Virus record (IMG/VR): IMGVR_UViG_3300036852_000134
Span: 18,865-82,864 of that record
DNA from: a virus
DNA: 64,000 nt
Strand: one strand, 5' to 3'
The translations under genes and the position numbers were made by a program. Of this stretch, positions 63,001 to 64,000 are shown one piece after another; the stretch's first letter is position 1, and every line of letters begins with the position of its first letter. The notes below the pieces were generated by a model that ran no database searches, was not told the DNA's origin, and saw only the letters and a program-made list of their open reading frames with translations.

Positions 63001-64000
63001 TGCTGCTCTATCGCCTCCGTCGCTGAGACACCGTACCGCGCCATGCGCGCCGCGATGGCCCTGGCATCCTGATCCGCCAGCGCAATGTTGATACCACGGC
63101 CCTGTAGCGCCGTCTCGATTTCACCACGCCACTGCGGTAGGTTCTCCGCAACGACGCGCTCGATCTCGGCCAGTTCGGCCGCCTGCTGACGCTGGGCTTC
63201 GGCTTGGGCTTCTGGTGCTGGCGCGAACCTCTTCGCTATCCCCAGGAGAACCTCGGTCTCTTCCTGAGAGACTGCATCGGGGCGCTCCTGCAGGATGCGC
63301 TCCACGATCTGCCGAGTCTGCTCCCCCACGTCCTGCGGGGCTGGCGCGGCCGAAACGCTCTCAGCCGTGGCTCCCGTAGCCGCTGGCGGCGTTCCTGTCT
63401 CTGGGGCTACGGTGGGAGCCTCAGCCTGTGGCGCCGCTGTAGCAGCCTCTGGCTGTGCTTCTGGAGTGGCTGCCTGCGGAGTGACAGGGAGGTCGAAGCC
63501 GAAGGCGCCAGGCGTAGGTTGCGCTGCAGCCTCGCCCGCAGACGGAGTGGGTGTGGGAGTAGGAGCTGGTGCTGCCTCTGGCGTCGATGGAGCAGACGGA
63601 GTGCCCGCGCGACCAGTACGGCGGCCAAGACCCATCACGCCACGGCCCACTTCACCAGCACCCTGCGCGACAGCGCCGACAGCGCTGCCAACCAACAGAT
63701 TAGGGATTATCTCCTCGGTCAGAACCTGGTTCGGGTTGTAGACCTGCCACGCGATGAGGTTCTGGAGGAACTGCTGGCCGCCTTCCTGGGCGCCTTCGAC
63801 GATGGCCTGACCACCGACGCGAGCGATAGATCGCGCCAATGCGGTTCTCAGTGCGGGGGGGATTGGTAGGGGGAGCCGGCCTAGAAGGGTCTCGACAGGC
63901 AGAATATCCGTCATGCCTGGGCCGATGCCCAGAAGGCCGGCGGCAATGATCTGCTCTTGCGTGAGCCCTGGACGCCCTGCCGCGCGTTCGGCCTGATCGA
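51021..64000 (-). CDS. Giant polyvalent internal virion/ejection protein (>4320 aa, 5'-partial): ParB-like, zincin, nucleotidyltransferase, ART-like and LPD38-like modules
   Basis: Frame stays open from 63914 to the window end (…DQAERAAGRPGLTQEQIIAAGLLGIGPG-M); LDGAHR, HEVVH, GS..DYD, YHGT..GIY.T and SP..IDY motifs. Confidence 0.9.
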   Translation of the reverse strand, partial: DQAERAAGRPGLTQEQIIAAGLLGIGPGMTDILPVETLLGRLPLPIPPALRTALARSIARVGGQAIVEGAQEGGQQFLQNLIAWQVYNPNQVLTEEIIPNLLVGSAVGAVAQGAGEVGRGVMGLGRRTGRAGTPSAPSTPEAAPAPTPTPTPSAGEAAAQPTPGAFGFDLPVTPQAATPEAQPEAATAAPQAEAPTVAPETGTPPAATGATAESVSAAPAPQDVGEQTRQIVERILQERPDAVSQEETEVLLGIAKRFAPAPEAQAEAQRQQAAELAEIERVVAENLPQWRGEIETALQGRGINIALADQDARAIAARMARYGVSATEAIEQHAWEAYEAERQARATGATAGQAVTAASRPSQAAAAPAPGGAPAASARASAGATAAADAGGRGASAAAPTADARPAAAAPTATAEPGAASTGGARPAGVGSERAGPAGAGTAEQSRSDARDGEPAAQPITEPTTAQRQQLRGVLASRFPLNWGTIQARLGTTPEQMEVLRQEALNEGLLRQTKDGAYRRTPQAPITPAGPDLSVSPQDRVDGSIRALEVQTGRQVSEVVRAYATELLSRLGLPSHAAVLDRAKADKSLKAADVRDLAAIAGTPVAKNAKKDTAFASIAKRSEDHRAFLERQAVDASIGASLASFQSATTDGQSQAVEFDALGYHSKALEAAKAWPQKKGTPEQALQHLLKAGTGVKNEIEALGLTQFLESKSVPKFSHSPEDASDSKTVANATINYENDADAQAFYRALKALEKPHQVHVVPVSTINLDSSVDDGLRPSDANAATPVILLRMPGQDKLEVLDGAHRTRKAIDAGATEIRASIVEYRPGGRSRLVSAEAFVSRDDLVSFLRENRVEVREARYGGDPDTILRGERDARGLLPTVPDDAKGPAKWSSHSLAKDDGNPTYRETVLHLPTVTQTYEQYLESLKRKYNIPPGGGWGNYVNAEERARLEALQDRGIEEAEGVGMFRSGHFPEPNVISNIMSSLNKLGDETTFAVSQVQSDWGQEILKRSRDAVATSLFDPSKPETQTRIANLKERHKAAVQDRDAYLMGEPLTWLRSLGPEMGLARDEDANPDVVARTLNYVSQNAWHPRIRQRAGMTPEALSAKAVGFLDDQRNSLPAQLDLEAIALGAKTKRYRDLPADLKSEVSAAISSARQRGEIPAGARDERKIQELQDKWQKANDAQLAARNEYMASLPDGDRAKQSVEDAQDRLRALSNRGDPIGKKWAALNNDAFILHAELRTAQAATPSHPFVNTTDAWLTFTLKHVIRQAIASGADSISIPSGATVLSYNPQGSEEGNEEFYDKIAPLTLAKILKGMDASIKPKKVDHVQSPVDGRDLGSGFTVFPITDKVREQVQREGLALFALSTQRSRLGPEDGREAPTLRYFRPNEQLPKASEPGRGTLMAIERGGKQIGYVDFAVESTSAPDDTAYINYIKVNPGERLSLSDIRALREEFRREHPTVIRFEGFRVSGAKGRQETVEDSWQTVVMAALEEGQNPPPYTEAFAARLPEFVAHLERWARKMLPPEIAVRVVDRIDIGGRSAYANFGFTEGKSRVFDRVLQVALNTDAGATSYRTMLVKGFHEVVHALREHGRLPGGAYGTLLTPQEWQVVVERAKKIGIDSQITVFNHSTGKVIPGVPIYRQVYRQMMRETGFTGNINQRVEELIDQERVARLAELWADGTSFGTKIDSWFERIVKFFEAIRNALNGLGFQTYNDVFRSMASGETASRAGRREPTFDPFPNPPSPSQAHLNSEEGQEARGLFPAIRSFQGGTDLAALSDITDTIRRVLTSQAAQNVSSAANAIASEAPNYIYDNPAILAQQIAGTVAAQYAEPLRKAAENVVKRVRGTDLASFSDRPSPESRPFSLPGFDGTVTEKVKEGGERLRTYGVAEAREAKVSALEPAAATEIPVRAAIRMRGHDRRIFEDGEAHADIAMAASRVFEQENNEAGTDAIIADEYDSGFTTSAGRFVERREAFQLADAAGALPRFAYQRAVPLLDSMDLPEILAASARSAPSTSLIVSEQPDGSWELTFFRAEDASSIPAIVAAIEANDLGKPLSHKGWLTPQGYQYWLQVAPDRVKFHVNAGEMFGGMWASPRAVEFAEAVLAEAVSTGAVAEFQKRLLREARDIVANSSVGDQFRIDDVYFVGSRAAGKPRQEASDYDFVVRFDTNLQGPALVEVWDRLTAHFDGIKSLDVDGKPHRVDVFVTDELESGKPALPSENADPRLSSALSHLSRLKSSIPQEAFTEARREERYSLTSVSGQGFQGRMPPAFHEEGAIARLAQGEIDPPTGAELAQAAADVRAREFDDLVQSFGGDRAKAERFQRLFREAERATGARADALDVEREALAAEAVANVEGSYEDASALDGLARTFRDMEDHPQEVAAIIQRYLSDLPLPHGYVDTRANVALAVMRKAAAVIEDHGLDSKAITAEAVNAYRARFSDPEDAQFMVDALKAALAPKPRQLPGQTLASFSSTPPLDMSPEARKARAEEMGFDTSRVWYHGTAAAFDQFKPGLGSSGIYMTTDLAEASRYAGISARAGGEPSVMPLYIRTKRLATPADNDQAEADLKSQRGVGYVSSRDVNAELTRRGFDGYIEGDLAIVFDPANIRSVDAAFDPSQEGSPVLLASFQGQPPPGNPPPGSGAPMLPTTPASQGEVRGLADIISDLKSALGMTTTQGLYGMRVRDRAGGRTWGFRPQRSVRSQYDANAGVARVRIATDIDAIARAGGNHIERVFGAPMQAFLQQHAEELGVPPVPDTPLPQIAPTGYSGVDLDADTQRTLVEAAEATRAWQAVQNYDNAARAAIASRTLERRLGRTVAQALIGDIIGTQPLGSTAAPADPAGLAAYVQARYSPTGTPAPRTAPTVPPAQLSQAFAEFFRRYITDPDTVKREMPGVFVGFEEFLDAQDPAMLQDLERVQLEVVSANYKAYRLATATERLTANVASTRDPTTLQQIQEFYEVRDKREVVEQWLGTLSYNVMDLTNPALKMQQHLQQIMFDNNIRGADGRPITFRKHDLPHYHFRMFPQAFKIGHELVVNGVTDYGSLTPSGPPLTDAIQEAMGGTGYFQWSEKNLDRFGGYIEAQTGIVYWALWAKRHNKPEAAQWAALVNQYYNSPDIAQMLATLDSAPSLESEPSMTPFAEYWQAIQDIEQANPRYRRGSQMAREWLHRLLTLKWQAGLMTDEAFQRYSKRREFYSPFNRKFDAEEGAFVPPGVSALGTFGGFKQIKGSQRPVVNVLATMARDAYATAEVIQRNDMVRAFANLSDTAGPGGGQVVERITKEETLPLNERTIEKIAVAIKNLGYDEADARAMALQMEGDIQDNELHILYDPTHKGKGAILLPFFEKGERKLVRFNDVENGRRLLAAMNTLGRGMSGALVEMVAAPAAVLRAGVILHPAYMLGNVAGDMQMSWWLTGAPPIITHARGAWHELSSYPKFRAFMQMFGIKPSDVAQMQDRLGLIGGGQLTASIAERSGNRRNLDLSDLRNKGYQTVDIRAVAGTGTSLGGAAAGATLGTVAGPVVGGLVGGSLGGAAGASIGGAIGERLARHLRGDESIARLEGQLKTARRRMKALDRKSPDFAVRMAELHAIRADLMFSIQQLKEADKALSTRIGRGLGKAIGGTVGALSGGLGGVVAAPAVGPVVGATLGFSGGMMAGRLLFGAGAEAVFAKVSEFTETAGRRGVADYITRQALGTPSYATRRALQYDPNLPLIDAMREGVFTANDVLPFDRRGFLTGAIMRMTAFFNGNVQAISKAYRQTWMVEGDRGRIIQIPMLEGGLLGAGGAAAATAVLGGPVGWAMGAGALTGAAVGRWTMGKTDIEALKMWGRHMLRRRGNPGPTEFESMYSKADERTMRRGIRSWVILSIVAAMGASISMLNGGGDDPEEYADNNREVKNTHWVFKMFGVWVRLKRFEFGMPAIITEALMDLVRRGDPRAAEKIRDGIVATHTPPLTPQVLRDWEALRYGVDARTGRPLTPFGLRELPPYMRHTPFSSEFARQWAEALNGIGIQASPVVIDYALNSQLGYWGREVQLFSNYLGRGPRTDDWREVPIIGPMVNRFTWDPYRSTESILEVRRLMRDGQSPYVQAAAGYNQLMRDGANADALRTYLVGLSPDRTIYSVLMQHFPTRDRIHHPLNRAQQIDRVLFQLRREMAGQGVISMDAGTRGTPIALSPALRTQVENLMQRITAIEMYNALRDTGVPGWAGRPVRDPAALYRELQASHSGLYEELLRRFSRNRLEDDVTEAPIGDYQQDRARWIEIQGRVVAMIQQENMLGLQGAWDRKFRDRRSPTYRRPDDPTTMPSIVLPPGTTQEPR

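Noticed and set aside
63914-63914. ATG at 63914 as the true start of the giant protein
   Set aside because: The frame remains open to the window end, so the gene is 5'-truncated here.

Overview
The window is 64 kb of a temperate phage genome, most likely infecting Alphaproteobacteria (Hyphomicrobiales): it encodes GcrA and an Omp25/RopB-like porin and carries a tRNA-His fragment lacking G-1. It appears to be the unintegrated form, because the att core at ~38.55 kb has phage genes on both sides. Left to right: (1) 1-14.7 kb, a leftward late operon with a structured-RNA leader, small virion proteins, a pectate-lyase-like tailspike and a block of modification enzymes; (2) 14.7-28.5 kb, a leftward early/replication operon with Cro, GcrA, an initiator containing iterons, a split SNF2-type helicase, a DNA methyltransferase and several homing endonucleases; (3) cI and a rightward operon with ERF, YqaJ exonuclease, xis and int, followed by attP; (4) 40-46.4 kb, a leftward array of small genes with stereotyped junctions, headed by a serine recombinase; (5) lysis genes interrupted by an ECF-sigma/AP2 fusion; (6) a >4300-aa polyvalent virion protein running off the right end. 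The best candidate for a new system is virion modification: two putative virion proteins carry 6 and 5 copies of the tripeptide D-T-G, encoded by varied synonymous codons. One is translationally coupled to a Maf/GT29-like transferase, which is followed by an FAD oxidoreductase, a DxD glycosyltransferase, a SAM methyltransferase and a P-loop kinase. This suggests phage-encoded, sequon-directed glycosylation of the virion. Other highlights are a nine-hairpin RNA beside a CCHC zinc-knuckle microprotein, a helicase split by an intron-less EndoVII gene, and the cassette-like small-gene array. All family assignments come from motifs recognised by eye; no searches were run.
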